This document shows, one piece after another, positions 26,571 to 36,034 of a DNA stretch of 64,000 nt. Below the pieces are notes generated by a model. That model was not told the origin of the DNA. It saw only the letters and a program-made list of their open reading frames with translations, and searched no databases. Within the stretch, counting starts at the first letter, position 1; each line of letters begins with the position of its first letter. The translations under genes and the position numbers were made by a program. This stretch comes from an uncultured delta proteobacterium (GTDB taxonomy: Bacteria; Desulfobacterota; Binatia; Binatales; Binataceae), in contig CAWCDG010000004.1 of the NCBI GenBank assembly GCA_963794325.1, positions 741,345 to 805,344 on the forward strand, read 5' to 3'.

Positions 26571-27685
26571 GTTGGATCGCCGCCCTGCTGGAACAATCGC
26601 ATCAACTCCTCGACCGTTGCCGGCGGCTTGCGCGCGGTCTCGAGCGTGTCGCGGACGTGATCGACCGACTTCATTCCGACCAGAGCGACGTCCACCCCCG
26701 GCGTCGATCGCACGAACTGGATCGAGCGCTGCGCGTCGGTCGCAAAGCCACTGAACGCGTTCGCGACGATCGGCGGCAGCCCGCGCGATAGCTGACCTTG
26801 CAGTAGCGATGCGCTCGCGCAGACCGCAAGTCCGAACGCCTTGGCGGCAGCCAGCGGGGTTGCCTTGCCGGCATGCACGAACTGATTCGAGCGCGTGACG
26901 GCCTCCGGCATCGCGAGATTGTACGGCAACTGGATCGCGCGAAAGTGATGCGCATCGCCGGCGACTTCGCGCGCGGTTTTCATCAGCTCGTCGAGCGACA
27001 GCCACCCGCGCTCGGTCGGCGCCGCGCGGAAGCCGTTCCAAGTCGCAGTCCCGTACACGCCGATCTTCCCACTCGCCACCGCAGTTTCCAGGAACTCGAA
27101 AATGGTCTTGATGCGCGCGAGGAAGTCCTTGCGCTCGATCGCCTCGAGCTGCGTCTCGGGATTGTGGATGTAATAAATGTCGATCGTTTCGAGATTCAGG
27201 TTCTTGCGCGACAACTCGAGCATCGCGCCGATATACTTCGGCGTCATGCAGTGCGATCCATCGACCAGGTCGGCCGGCGCGACGATTCCGGTCTTCACGT
27301 AGTGATCTTCGAACCACGCGCGCGGATTGGCCGGCACCTCACCATCGAACGTGATGTACCCGCCCTTGGTGGCGACGATCACCTCCTCGCGCGCGATCTC
27401 TCCCGCCGCCACCAACTCGCCAATCGCTTTTCCGATATTCCGTTCGCTGCGCTGGAACCGGTAGTTCACCGCCGTGTCGATCAGATTGATCCCGCCGCGG
27501 AGACTCGCCTTGATTGCCTCTTCATAAGCGCGATCGGTCTCGTCGTCAGGCTCGCCAAGATAGGTGCCGATTCCGATCGATGAAACCGACACTCCGAGCG
27601 CCGGCCGGAAATTTCCGGGCAGCGTCGGAAACCGGTTCGCGTACGTGGCGGTGGCTTCGGCGGTCGCGCGCCCTTTGAGCATCAT
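26567..27685 (-). CDS. Aldo/keto reductase
   Basis: It reads IGIGTYLG...GINLIDTAVNYRFQRSERNIGKAIG. The length and pattern fit the AKR fold. Confidence 0.8.
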   Translation of the reverse strand: MMLKGRATAEATATYANRFPTLPGNFRPALGVSVSSIGIGTYLGEPDDETDRAYEEAIKASLRGGINLIDTAVNYRFQRSERNIGKAIGELVAAGEIAREEVIVATKGGYITFDGEVPANPRAWFEDHYVKTGIVAPADLVDGSHCMTPKYIGAMLELSRKNLNLETIDIYYIHNPETQLEAIERKDFLARIKTIFEFLETAVASGKIGVYGTATWNGFRAAPTERGWLSLDELMKTAREVAGDAHHFRAIQLPYNLAMPEAVTRSNQFVHAGKATPLAAAKAFGLAVCASASLLQGQLSRGLPPIVANAFSGFATDAQRSIQFVRSTPGVDVALVGMKSVDHVRDTLETARKPPATVEELMRLFQQGGDPT

Positions 27686-27752
27686 GAGGTTTCTCCCGTG
27701 GAAGATATGCGCGCTTGTAGCGACTCAGCTCTGGACTTTACTGAAAAACCCT

Positions 27753-28124
27753 TCACTGAAAAAACTGCGGACTGATCTTCGGTTCGTAGAGCGCCTGGAT
27801 CACGTTGCCGTCGGGATCGCGAATGTAGAATGACACCGAGCCGTCGCGATGATGCTTGAGCTCGTGCACGATCTCGATGCCCGCACTCTTCGCCCACGCG
27901 TATCCCGCCTCGACGTCGGCGATTGTCGGCACGATAAACCCGAGATGGTCGAGGCGCTGCTTATCGCCACCAAAGTCGCCGCGATGCAGCGCGAGGTTGT
28001 CGCATCCCGAGCTCAGGTAAGCGTTGTCCGGGTCGGGCTGCCATACGATCTTCATCCCGAATACACGGATATAAAAATCTTTGGCGCGCTCCACATCGGA
28101 AACCTTGAGCGCCAGATGCCGCAT
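27753..28124 (-). CDS. VOC-family protein (glyoxalase/bleomycin-resistance/dioxygenase fold)
   Basis: It reads MRHLALKVSDVERAKDFYIRVFGM...LDHLGFIV...SFYIRDPDGNVI. I take ATG 28124. Confidence 0.8.
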   Translation of the reverse strand: MRHLALKVSDVERAKDFYIRVFGMKIVWQPDPDNAYLSSGCDNLALHRGDFGGDKQRLDHLGFIVPTIADVEAGYAWAKSAGIEIVHELKHHRDGSVSFYIRDPDGNVIQALYEPKISPQFFQ

Positions 28125-28138
28125 GCCGCGATTCTTGA

Positions 28139-28780
28139 TCAACTCTGTCCCTCGCGCGTTTTGTATCCCACCACCGCCCAAATCGGATCCGACGGCGGCG
28201 CGGTCGGCGCGCTCCGATCGATAAAATCTATATTCTCAAACGCGCCCGACTCCATAAAGTAGCTGCCGACCAGCTTGCCGTGGTCGTAATCGTCGAGACT
28301 CTGCCAAATCGCAACCGCCTTGGTCGGGAACATCCGATTCGAAAACGTCGCGATGAACGGCGCGCCGGGCTTGAGCACCCGCCCGACTTCCGCGAACGTC
28401 TCGAGCGGCCGCGTCATGTACTGCACCGAGACGGTGACCACCGCGCCGTCGAACTCGGCGTCGGCGAACGGCAACCGCGGCACGCGATTGAGATTATGCA
28501 CGACAACCTCGGTCAGCGTCGGATTATTTTCCATCTCCGCGCGATTCATCCCGAGCCCGACCACTCGCGACGGCCGGATATGCGCCGGCAGATGCGACCG
28601 CCAACTGCTCATCAAATCGAGGATCGCGCCGCCTTGGGGCAAGATTTGCGCGTAAATCTCACCGACCTTCGCGATCGCGCCGTCGTCGATATGCGTGACG
28701 AGCCGCGGGACCGAGTAAAATACCTCATCATCGTCGTCATCGACGCGTCTGAAGAAATCTGCGGGAAGTTGTGTCGGCAT
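28139..28780 (-). CDS. Class I SAM-dependent methyltransferase (type 11-like)
   Basis: It reads ILDLMSSWRSHLP...FDGAVVTVSVQYMTRPLETFAEVGRVLKPGAPF. Confidence 0.7.
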   Translation of the reverse strand: MPTQLPADFFRRVDDDDDEVFYSVPRLVTHIDDGAIAKVGEIYAQILPQGGAILDLMSSWRSHLPAHIRPSRVVGLGMNRAEMENNPTLTEVVVHNLNRVPRLPFADAEFDGAVVTVSVQYMTRPLETFAEVGRVLKPGAPFIATFSNRMFPTKAVAIWQSLDDYDHGKLVGSYFMESGAFENIDFIDRSAPTAPPSDPIWAVVGYKTREGQS

Positions 28781-28978
28781 CCTGAAATCCTGTTTTGAGC
28801 GCCTGTTGATAGGTTTCTTTTATCGTTAAATATCAGTTACTTAGCGTGATTTTCCGAGAATTTACCGAGCGTCGTTGACACGCTTCCCGCCGGTCACTTA
28901 AAGTAAAACACTTTTACAATACCGCGCGGAGACTCGTCCTGCGAATCTCAATCCGAAGCCTAGACAGACACTGAAAAA

Positions 28979-29761
28979 ATGGTTCGACGCGATAAAACTA
29001 ATTACGTAATTCAATCCGTCGCCCATGCGCTCGACGTGCTCGAGCAGTTCTTCGGCGACGTCGATGAACTCGGCGTTACGGAACTTTCCAAGCGCCTCAA
29101 GCTGCATAAGAACAACGTCTTCCGGCTGCTCGCCACCCTCGAAGCGCGCGGTTACATCGAACAGAACAAAGCCACCGAAAATTATCGCCTCGGCATCAAG
29201 TGCCTGCACCTCGGTCGCCGATACATCCACCATATGGGCCTCGTCAGGCAAGCGCGCCCCATCCTTACCGATGTCGCCCGCAAATGCCGCGAAAGCGCGT
29301 ACGTCGCGATCGTCCGGCGCGACGGCGTCGTGCCACTCGAAGCCGCCGAGGCCGAAGATCGTGCCGTGCGTATCACGCCGCCAATCGGAATCACGCTCCC
29401 GCTGCATTGTACTGCAGCCGGCAAGGCGCATCTCGCCTTCGACGCCGAAGGCCAACTGAAATCCGCGCTGCCCGAGTCGCTCAAGCGTTTCACCGATCGC
29501 ACGATAGTCGATCGCGCGATGCTTTTGGCGCAGCTCGAAGCAGTCGCGCGCGACGGCTACGCGACCGACTCCGGCGAGTTCATCGAAGAGGTTTCGTCGG
29601 TAGCAGTCCCAATCCGCGACTACACTCGCTCCGTCGTCGGCTCAGTAACGGTTGCAGGCCCGACCTACCGCATCGGCCCCGAACGAATCACCGCCGAAAT
29701 CGCCCCCAGCCTGCTAGACGCTGGCCGCGAACTCTCCCACCGCCTCGGCTACAACGAATAA
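28979..29761 (+). CDS. IclR-family transcriptional regulator
   Basis: The N-terminal wHTH reads SVAHALDVLEQF...LGVTELSKRLKLHKNNVFRLLATLEARGYI. A C-terminal IclR effector domain follows. Confidence 0.88.
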   Translation: MVRRDKTNYVIQSVAHALDVLEQFFGDVDELGVTELSKRLKLHKNNVFRLLATLEARGYIEQNKATENYRLGIKCLHLGRRYIHHMGLVRQARPILTDVARKCRESAYVAIVRRDGVVPLEAAEAEDRAVRITPPIGITLPLHCTAAGKAHLAFDAEGQLKSALPESLKRFTDRTIVDRAMLLAQLEAVARDGYATDSGEFIEEVSSVAVPIRDYTRSVVGSVTVAGPTYRIGPERITAEIAPSLLDAGRELSHRLGYNE

Positions 29762-29766
29762 CAGAT

Positions 29767-29823
29767 GCGAAACCCTTCGCGGGTTTCACACTTCCGCGGC
29801 AGGGGTGACCCCTGCACCCAGTG
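29767..29823. repeat. REP family 1 copy (hairpin gaaaccc..gggtttc plus palindrome gcaggggtgacccctgc)
   Basis: The hairpin lies at 29769-29787 and the 17-bp palindrome at 29799-29815, followed by acccagtg. Confidence 0.8.
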
Positions 29824-29854
29824 ATAGTCGCGAAATGTTGAGGACGCCCCTTCT

Positions 29855-30038
29855 GATTCCCTCCCACGTCGTGGGGGGAGGGTTAGGGTGGGGGACAATT
29901 GGGCGGCGCGATTATCCGTGGCGCCGCATATTCTGAATCCGGAAATTTTGTCCCCCACCCGACGCTGGAAGCGTCGACCTCCCCCCACGAACGGGGGAGG
30001 CAGGATCCGGGATTCTTCGCTTCGCTCTGAATGACACA
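29855..30038. repeat. Composite of nested palindromic REP units
   Basis: It contains cctcccacgtcgtggggggagg and the inverted pair ggtgggggacaa/ttgtcccccacc. It also has gacctccccccacgaacgggggagg and ggatccgggattcttcgcttcgctctgaatgacac, which recurs at 60283-60320. Confidence 0.7.
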
Positions 30039-30103
30039 AGGACCAGAGACACAGAGGTTTCCGCTTGCCAACCTTTGCGCGGCCGCCCTCTCATTAGTAT
30101 TGT

Positions 30104-30132
30104 TTGACTGGTTAGCCGACCATTGTTAGAAA
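30104..30132 (+). promoter_or_regulatory. Sigma70-type promoter candidate for etfBA (TTGACT-N17-TAGAAA)
   Basis: TTGACT lies at 30104-30109 and TAGAAA at 30127-30132, about 88 nt upstream of the etfB start. Confidence 0.4.
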
Positions 30133-30220
30133 TTTTGCGTTTATCGGCTCGATTCCCTGTGCCACTGTCTGTTCTCAGAATTCTGTCGATGCATGAAACC
30201 GTGCGTGGAGTTATAAGGCT

Positions 30221-30964
30221 TTGAAAATCCTGGTTCCAATCAAGCGAGTTCCCGATCCCGCGACCACTATCCGCGTGCTGCCCGACGGCACCGGTATCGC
30301 CACCGACAACGTCAAATGGGTCATCAACCCGTTTGACGAAATCGCCATCGAAGAGGCGCTGCGCATCAAGGAAAAGCAGACCGGCGAGGTCGTGCTTATC
30401 ACGGTCGGGCAGCCGACCTCGCAGGAGCAATTGCGCACCGGCCTCGCGATGGGCGCCGACCGCGCGATCCTGGTCAAGGCGGATGCGCTCGACTCGCTTG
30501 CGATCGCGCGAATCCTCGCGAAAATCGCCGGCGACGAGAAGCCCGACCTCATCATATTGGGCAAGCAGGCGATTGACGACGACGCGAACCAGGTCGGCCA
30601 GATGCTCGCCGAGATGCTCGGATGGCCGCAGGCCACGTTCGCATCGAAGATTGAAATCACGCCCGAAAAAACTTCGGTCGTTCGCGAAGTTGACGGCGGC
30701 CTCGAGACGATCGCATTCAAACTCCCAGCCGTAATCACCACCGACCTGCGCCTCAACGAGCCGCGCTACGCGTCGCTGCCGGGAATCATGAAAGCCCGCA
30801 AGAAAGAGCTGAAGGAGGTCGCGGCCGATAGCCTCGGCGTCGATCTCACTCCTAAGCTCAAGATAAAGACGATGGCCGCTCCGCCCAAGCGTCAGGCCGG
30901 ACGCAAAGTCGCGTCGGTGCAGGAGCTGGTCGCGGTCCTTCACACCGAAGCCAAAGTTATTTGA
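30221..30964 (+). CDS. etfB: Electron transfer flavoprotein beta subunit
   Basis: It reads MKILVPIKRVPDP...VKWVINPFDEIAIEEALRIKE...DLIILGKQAIDDDANQVGQMLAEMLGWPQ. The start is TTG with GGAG upstream. Confidence 0.92.
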   Translation: MKILVPIKRVPDPATTIRVLPDGTGIATDNVKWVINPFDEIAIEEALRIKEKQTGEVVLITVGQPTSQEQLRTGLAMGADRAILVKADALDSLAIARILAKIAGDEKPDLIILGKQAIDDDANQVGQMLAEMLGWPQATFASKIEITPEKTSVVREVDGGLETIAFKLPAVITTDLRLNEPRYASLPGIMKARKKELKEVAADSLGVDLTPKLKIKTMAAPPKRQAGRKVASVQELVAVLHTEAKVI

Positions 30965-31065
30965 TTACGAACCTAGCAGGGTGTTTTAGAGAGTGCCGAC
31001 AATGAATCGTTCCGTTATTTTGCCCTCAATACCCTGCGTAAAATTGGCTGCCTTCCTTAAACTTC

Positions 31066-31127
31066 TCTCCCGCTCTTTTGCGGGGGAGACAGAGAGGGGG
31101 GCAGCCTGTGATTCATCAACAGGCTGC
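31066..31127. repeat. Two REP-like hairpins inside the etfB-etfA spacer
   Basis: The first is tctcccgc-tctttt-gcggggga. The second is a perfect 9-bp stem, GCAGCCTGT-N9-ACAGGCTGC (31101-31127). Confidence 0.6.
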
Positions 31128-31155
31128 TACGATTCCGAATCCGGAGTGAATTGAA

Positions 31156-32130
31156 ATGGGTGACGTTCTGATTTTCGCGGAGCATCAGGGGGGACATTTC
31201 CCCAAGACGACTTTGACCGCCGTTCACGCGGGCCTCGACCTGGCGAAAAAGCGCGGCGGCAAGGCGATCGCGGTCGTCGCGGGCGATGCGCCCGAGTCGG
31301 CCGCGGGCGAGATAGCCAAGTACGGCGTAGCCAAGGTGATCGCGCTGGCGCATCCCGCGCTGAAGAACTATCTCGCCGACGCGCATGCGCAGGCCCTCGC
31401 CGCGCTCGCAAAGAAAGAGAACGCAGAGTTCCTTCTCGCGACCGCGACTGCGATGGGCAAAGATTTGTTCCCGCGGCTCGCCGCACGCTTGGGTGCTCCG
31501 ATGGCCTCGGAAATTACCGCAATCGACGACGAACATACCTTCGTGCGCCCGACCTACGCCGGCAACGTGATGGCGACGGTCGAGCTCGACGGGCCGATCA
31601 AGGTATTGACGGTGCGCGGCACTGCATTCGACGCTGCCAAGCCGGGCGACACAGTTGCTCCCGTCGAGAAGCAGGATGCCGAGATCGACGCCGGTGCGCT
31701 CAAGATGGAATTCGTTTCGTTCAATGCGACCAAGAGCGATCGCCCGCAACTCACCGAGGCGCGGATCATCGTATCGGGCGGCCGCGGCCTCAAGTCCGGC
31801 GAGAATTTCAAGACCGTGCTCGAGCCGCTGGTCGACGAGATGGGCGCCGCGATGGGCGCTTCGCGCGCCGCGGTCGATGCGGGCTTCGTGCCCAACGACC
31901 TGCAAGTCGGACAGACCGGCAAGGTGGTCGCGCCGGAACTTTATATCGCAGTCGGGATTTCAGGCGCGATTCAGCATCTGGCCGGGATGAAAGACTCGAA
32001 GGTCATCTGCGCGATCAACAAAGATGAAGAGGCGCCGATTTTCGCAGTCGCCGATTACGGCCTGGTCGCCGACCTGTTCAAAGCAGTCCCCGAGATGGCC
32101 GAGGAAATCAAAAAGCTCAAGCATTCGTAA
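31156..32130 (+). CDS. etfA: Electron transfer flavoprotein alpha subunit
   Basis: It reads MGDVLIFAEHQGG...RPTYAGNVMATV...IIVSGGRGL...AAVDAGFVPNDLQVGQTGKVVAPELYIAVGISGAIQHLAGM. Confidence 0.92.
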   Translation: MGDVLIFAEHQGGHFPKTTLTAVHAGLDLAKKRGGKAIAVVAGDAPESAAGEIAKYGVAKVIALAHPALKNYLADAHAQALAALAKKENAEFLLATATAMGKDLFPRLAARLGAPMASEITAIDDEHTFVRPTYAGNVMATVELDGPIKVLTVRGTAFDAAKPGDTVAPVEKQDAEIDAGALKMEFVSFNATKSDRPQLTEARIIVSGGRGLKSGENFKTVLEPLVDEMGAAMGASRAAVDAGFVPNDLQVGQTGKVVAPELYIAVGISGAIQHLAGMKDSKVICAINKDEEAPIFAVADYGLVADLFKAVPEMAEEIKKLKHS

Positions 32131-32137
32131 TTTTAGC

Positions 32138-32193
32138 GGAACCCGCCGTGGGTTCCGCGCCTCCTTGGGCAGGGGTGACCCCTGCACCCAGTG
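32138..32193. repeat. REP family 1 copy
   Basis: It has the hairpin ggaacccgccgtgggttcc (32138-32156) and the palindrome gcaggggtgacccctgc (32169-32185), followed by acccagtg. Confidence 0.8.
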
Positions 32194-32214
32194 TTAAGAG
32201 ATGAGGCGCGCGCG

Positions 32215-33177
32215 ATGGCTGAACTGCAGCACAAATTCGTCGAGACCAACGGCATCCGGATGCATTACGTCGAGCAGGGCAGCGGTCCGCTCGTTGTGAT
32301 GTGCCACGGTTGGCCGGAGTCGTGGTACTCGTGGCGGCATCAGATTCCTGCGCTCGCGGCCGCCGGCTTCCGCGTCGTCGCGCCCGACCAGCGCGGTTAC
32401 GGGCAGACTGACGCGCCCGCGCCGATCGAGTCGTACAACATCCTGAACCTCGTCGGCGATATCGTAGGGCTGGTCAACAGCCTCGGCGTCGACTCGGCGG
32501 TGATCGTCGGTCACGATTGGGGCGCGCCCGTCGCCTGGAACTCAGCGTTGTTGCGGCCCGACATCTTTCGCGCGATCGCATTGCTCAGCGTTCCGTATGC
32601 TCCGCGCAGTCCGATGCGTCCGACTGACGGGATGAAGGCGCTCGCCGGCGACCAGCATTTTTACATGCTCTATTTCCAGGAGCCCGGCAAAGTTGAGAAG
32701 GAACTCGACGCCGATCCGCGCCGCTCGATGGCGATGGTCCTCTACTCGGCGTCAGGCGACGCGCCGCGCGACGGCGAGTTCTCGTTCCTGTTCCCCAAAA
32801 CCAAAAAGTTTATCGAGACTGGCACGGTGCCGGACAAGCTGCCGTCGTGGCTGACGGAAGCCGACCTCGATTTCTTTGCCGGCGAGTTCAAGCGCACCGG
32901 CTTCCGCGGTGGAATCAACTGGTATCGCAATACTGATCGCAACTGGGAGCTGACACCGTTCCTCGACGGCGCCAAGCTGCGCCAGCCCGCGGTGTTCGCC
33001 GCCGGTGAGCATGACGTGGTCGGCAAAATGATCCCGGGTGGCTACGAGTTCGCCGGCGCCTTCACTCCGAATCTGAAAAAGAAAGTGATAATCCCGGGCG
33101 CCGGCCATTGGGTGCAGCAGGAGCGTCCGAAAGAGATCAACGAGGTCCTGATCGAGTTCTTGAAGAGTCTGAAGTGA
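32215..33177 (+). CDS. Alpha/beta hydrolase, epoxide-hydrolase-like (paralog of 13960-14922)
   Basis: It reads MAELQHKFVETNGIRMHYVEQG...HGWPESWYSWRHQ...VGHDWGA. I take ATG 32215. Confidence 0.8.
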   Translation: MAELQHKFVETNGIRMHYVEQGSGPLVVMCHGWPESWYSWRHQIPALAAAGFRVVAPDQRGYGQTDAPAPIESYNILNLVGDIVGLVNSLGVDSAVIVGHDWGAPVAWNSALLRPDIFRAIALLSVPYAPRSPMRPTDGMKALAGDQHFYMLYFQEPGKVEKELDADPRRSMAMVLYSASGDAPRDGEFSFLFPKTKKFIETGTVPDKLPSWLTEADLDFFAGEFKRTGFRGGINWYRNTDRNWELTPFLDGAKLRQPAVFAAGEHDVVGKMIPGGYEFAGAFTPNLKKKVIIPGAGHWVQQERPKEINEVLIEFLKSLK

Positions 33178-33186
33178 CACCTCTCG

Positions 33187-33228
33187 GTGGGTTTCACACT
33201 TCCTTGGGCAGCGGTAGCCCCTGCGCCT
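33187..33228. repeat. Degenerate REP family 1 copy
   Basis: ggtgggtttcacacttccttgggcagcggtagcccctgcgcc aligns with 29781-29817. It overlaps the probable 5' end of the next gene. Confidence 0.5.
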
Positions 33229-34529
33229 TAGCAACTATTCGGTTCATTGCTCGAACTGCGTGTTCCCTGGTGCTTGCGATGGTGGTCGGGCTGGGTGAGG
33301 TACGAGCGCAATCTGCTGCGTATGCGGAGCCGAGCGCGTCCGCGAGTCCGCCTGCGGTCGCTGAACTAAAGCCCGACACGATTATCGCCGCGGACAACGT
33401 CGATCATTACGCACGCTACGTTCCGGCGGCCGCCAAATTTGCGATTGCTCATGGGTTCCGGATGCGGGTTCTTCCCGAGCGGCGCGTCGAATGGTCGCAA
33501 GGCTTTCAGCACGCGACTGAAAAATATGCCGCGCAGGTCACCCTCGACAGCGACGACGACATCAAGAATTACATCGCCGGCATGCCGTTCCCGCTGGTCA
33601 ACGCGACCGATCCGAAGAGCGCCGTGAAGATCGCGTACAACTGGCACATGGGACCGTTCATGCCGGACGATTTTTCGATCGCGCCATGGAGCAGCAATGC
33701 GTACGCATCCGATCCCGCCAACGCGACGAAGATCGTGCCGAATTCCGATGCCGACTATGCCTGCGAGCAGTTCGAGTTTCTGCGATTTGCTCATCGCACC
33801 GACCTCGATCCGCGCCCGACGATCGGCGCCAACGCGATGGGCGTCGAGTGGAAAGCGAAATGCAATCGATGGACTAACGATTTCTCCGGCAGCGCGAGCG
33901 AAGGCGCTGGCATCTGGGTGCGTTACCTCGACGCGAAGCATCCCGACGAATTTTTCTCGTTCAATGAAGCGTCGCGCCGTGTCCGGCGTAGCGCGGTGAA
34001 CCTTGCGTATCCGAACGAGTCCTGCCGCGGATGCCACCAGCCGTTCTGGGCTTACGCTCTGCCCAAGACCGAAAATTATTCATATCGACTGCTCGGCACG
34101 ACGACGCTGTTGGCGTGCCTCGCGGCCGATGACGAGCCGGCCGGATTCAAGACTGGCGCGTCGGGATTGACGCTGAGCGAAGAGCCGTTCGAACTTCGTC
34201 ACGCATACATCCTCGAGATGCGCCCGCGATTCCCCGAGGGTTCGTCATCTGCGATGCGCACGGTGATCTATATCGACAGCGAGGTGTACGTCTGGTTGGC
34301 CGCCGAATTTTACGATTCGACCGGCCTGACTGCTACCGCTATGCCGCTGTGGCGGATGCGGCCATCGTCGGAGGGCGGCAGCCTGTTCGATCTCGCGGGC
34401 AGCTTCTATCATCCCGAGAATCGCGGATCGTTCTTCCGTTCCCTGGTTCCCGCACACAACGAGTTTAAACAGGTGATCAATAGCGGCGACGTGACCGAAG
34501 GCGCGTTCAATCCGCTGATGATGCGCTGA
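33204..34529 (+). CDS. DUF1329-family (LolA-like) periplasmic/outer-membrane-associated protein; start uncertain
   Basis: NYIAGMPFPLVNATDPKSAVKIAYNWHMGPF is typical of DUF1329. TTG 33204 gives a signal peptide (...RFIARTACSLVLAMVVGLGEVRA/QS). The track ORF start at 33108 overlaps the hydrolase gene. Confidence 0.55.
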   Translation: MGSGSPCALATIRFIARTACSLVLAMVVGLGEVRAQSAAYAEPSASASPPAVAELKPDTIIAADNVDHYARYVPAAAKFAIAHGFRMRVLPERRVEWSQGFQHATEKYAAQVTLDSDDDIKNYIAGMPFPLVNATDPKSAVKIAYNWHMGPFMPDDFSIAPWSSNAYASDPANATKIVPNSDADYACEQFEFLRFAHRTDLDPRPTIGANAMGVEWKAKCNRWTNDFSGSASEGAGIWVRYLDAKHPDEFFSFNEASRRVRRSAVNLAYPNESCRGCHQPFWAYALPKTENYSYRLLGTTTLLACLAADDEPAGFKTGASGLTLSEEPFELRHAYILEMRPRFPEGSSSAMRTVIYIDSEVYVWLAAEFYDSTGLTATAMPLWRMRPSSEGGSLFDLAGSFYHPENRGSFFRSLVPAHNEFKQVINSGDVTEGAFNPLMMR

Positions 34530-34590
34530 GCCAATAGCTGCTTGTTATCAACAGGAGCTAAACAAGCAGTTAGAAACTCAAGATCCCTTC

Positions 34591-34619
34591 TTGCTGCAAC
34601 TCTGCCCCCTTTATATATA
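34591..34619 (+). promoter_or_regulatory. Sigma70-type promoter candidate for the HNH gene (TTGCTG-N17-TATATA)
   Basis: It lies in the AT-rich pocket, about 34 nt upstream of ATG 34653. Confidence 0.35.
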
Positions 34620-34652
34620 GGTCAGCTATGCTCTCAGGGGGGAACCACTGGT

Positions 34653-34919
34653 ATGGCGACGCGAGGATATCCGTTTGCCTCGGCAGATGAACAGCTGAAG
34701 CTTAGCGTTTGGGCCAAAGGCAAAATCTCCGATGGGTACAATGGGAATTTCTACCGCCGTGACGTATTCGGCTCCTGGATGCAGTATAGTGCGCATGGCG
34801 AGACGCTGTCCCACTTTGGTTGGGAGATAGCCCATATCAAGCCTATCGAAGGAGGCGGAACTGACGACCTTTCGAATCTTCAACCACTCCAGTGGGAGAA
34901 CAACCGCAAGAAAGTTTGA
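34653..34919 (+). CDS. Small stand-alone HNH endonuclease-family protein
   Basis: The 88-aa protein reads GWEIAHIKPIEGGGTDDLSNLQPLQWENNRKK, which fits the H-N-N pattern. GGGGGGA lies 9 nt upstream of the ATG. Local GC is low. Confidence 0.65.
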   Translation: MATRGYPFASADEQLKLSVWAKGKISDGYNGNFYRRDVFGSWMQYSAHGETLSHFGWEIAHIKPIEGGGTDDLSNLQPLQWENNRKKV

Positions 34920-34972
34920 AACCCTGAAAGCCGGCCCTTTTAGCCACAGCGTCTGACAGCTATTGATTGGTG

Positions 34973-36034
34973 ATGCCCCTCGACGACGACGTCACAGCAG
35001 TCCGCGAGCCTCATCGCTTTGACCAGTCTCGTCTCGAACGTTACCTGCGCGACCACATGCCTGACTTTCGCGGTCCGCTCACGGTTCGCCAGTTCGTCGG
35101 CGGGCAATCGAATCCCACGTTTCTCATCGAGACTCACGACGCGCGCTTCGTGATGCGCAAGAAGCCGCCGGGTACTCTGCTTCCGTCGGCTCATCAGGTC
35201 GAGCGCGAATATCGAATCATCAAGGCGCTCGCCGCGACCGACGTGCCGGTTCCACGCGTTCATCTGCTATGCGAGGACGCCGGCGTCATCGGCACGGCGT
35301 TCTTCGTGATGGACTTTGTCGAGGGACGCGTCATGCGCGATCCGATTATGCCCGATTCGAATCCCGACGAGCGCGCCGCGTGCTACGACTCGATGAACGA
35401 CGTGCTCGCGCGATTGCACCAGGTCGATTTTCGCGCGGTGGGGCTCGGTGATTTCGGCCGCCCCGACGGATACGTTGCGCGGCAGCTCGCTCGATGGACC
35501 AGGCAGTATGAGGCTTCGAAGATCGACGAGATTCCCGAAATGGATCGCCTGATCGATTGGCTGAACCGCCACATTCCCACGGCGGACGAGACCACGATCG
35601 CGCACGGCGACTACCGCATGGAGAATCTGATCTTTCATCCCACCGAGCCGCGGGTGATTGCGGTGCTCGACTGGGAACTCTCGACCCTGGGGCATCCGCT
35701 GAGCGACCTGGCGTGGGCCAGCCGTCCGTACCATTGCCCGCCCGGCATCGAAGGCGTGCTGAGTTTTCAGGGGATGGATCTGAAGGCGCTCGGAATTCCG
35801 GGCGAACATGAATTCCTTGGCGCATATTGCCGCCGCGTCGGCCGGGCCAGCGTGCCCGATCTGACTTACTTCGTGGCGTTCTCATTTTTTCGCGGCGCCG
35901 CGATCGCGCAAGGAATTGCGATGCGCGCGAAGCTCGGCAACGCCAGCGGTCCCGACGCCGCACTACGCGGCGCGAAGGCGCGACAGACCGCGGAACTCGG
36001 CTGGGCTGTAGCGCAGCGTGCATCGAAATCGTGA
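34973..36034 (+). CDS. Phosphotransferase-family protein (APH/ChoK-like kinase fold, of the type associated with acyl-CoA dehydrogenases)
   Basis: It reads VRQFVGGQSNPTFLIETHDARFVMRKKPPG...HQVEREYRIIKAL...IAHGDYRMENLIF...VLDWELSTLGHPLSDL. Confidence 0.75.
   Translation: MPLDDDVTAVREPHRFDQSRLERYLRDHMPDFRGPLTVRQFVGGQSNPTFLIETHDARFVMRKKPPGTLLPSAHQVEREYRIIKALAATDVPVPRVHLLCEDAGVIGTAFFVMDFVEGRVMRDPIMPDSNPDERAACYDSMNDVLARLHQVDFRAVGLGDFGRPDGYVARQLARWTRQYEASKIDEIPEMDRLIDWLNRHIPTADETTIAHGDYRMENLIFHPTEPRVIAVLDWELSTLGHPLSDLAWASRPYHCPPGIEGVLSFQGMDLKALGIPGEHEFLGAYCRRVGRASVPDLTYFVAFSFFRGAAIAQGIAMRAKLGNASGPDAALRGAKARQTAELGWAVAQRASKS

Noticed and set aside
29749-30943. ORFs 29749-30039 and 29912-30943 on the minus strand (MCHSERSEESRILPPP..., ...SFRAKRRIPDP...).
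   Set aside because: They are translations of REP elements and of the antisense strand of etfB. The 'HSERSEESRI/SFRAKRRIPD' peptides are signatures of translated repeats, not of proteins.
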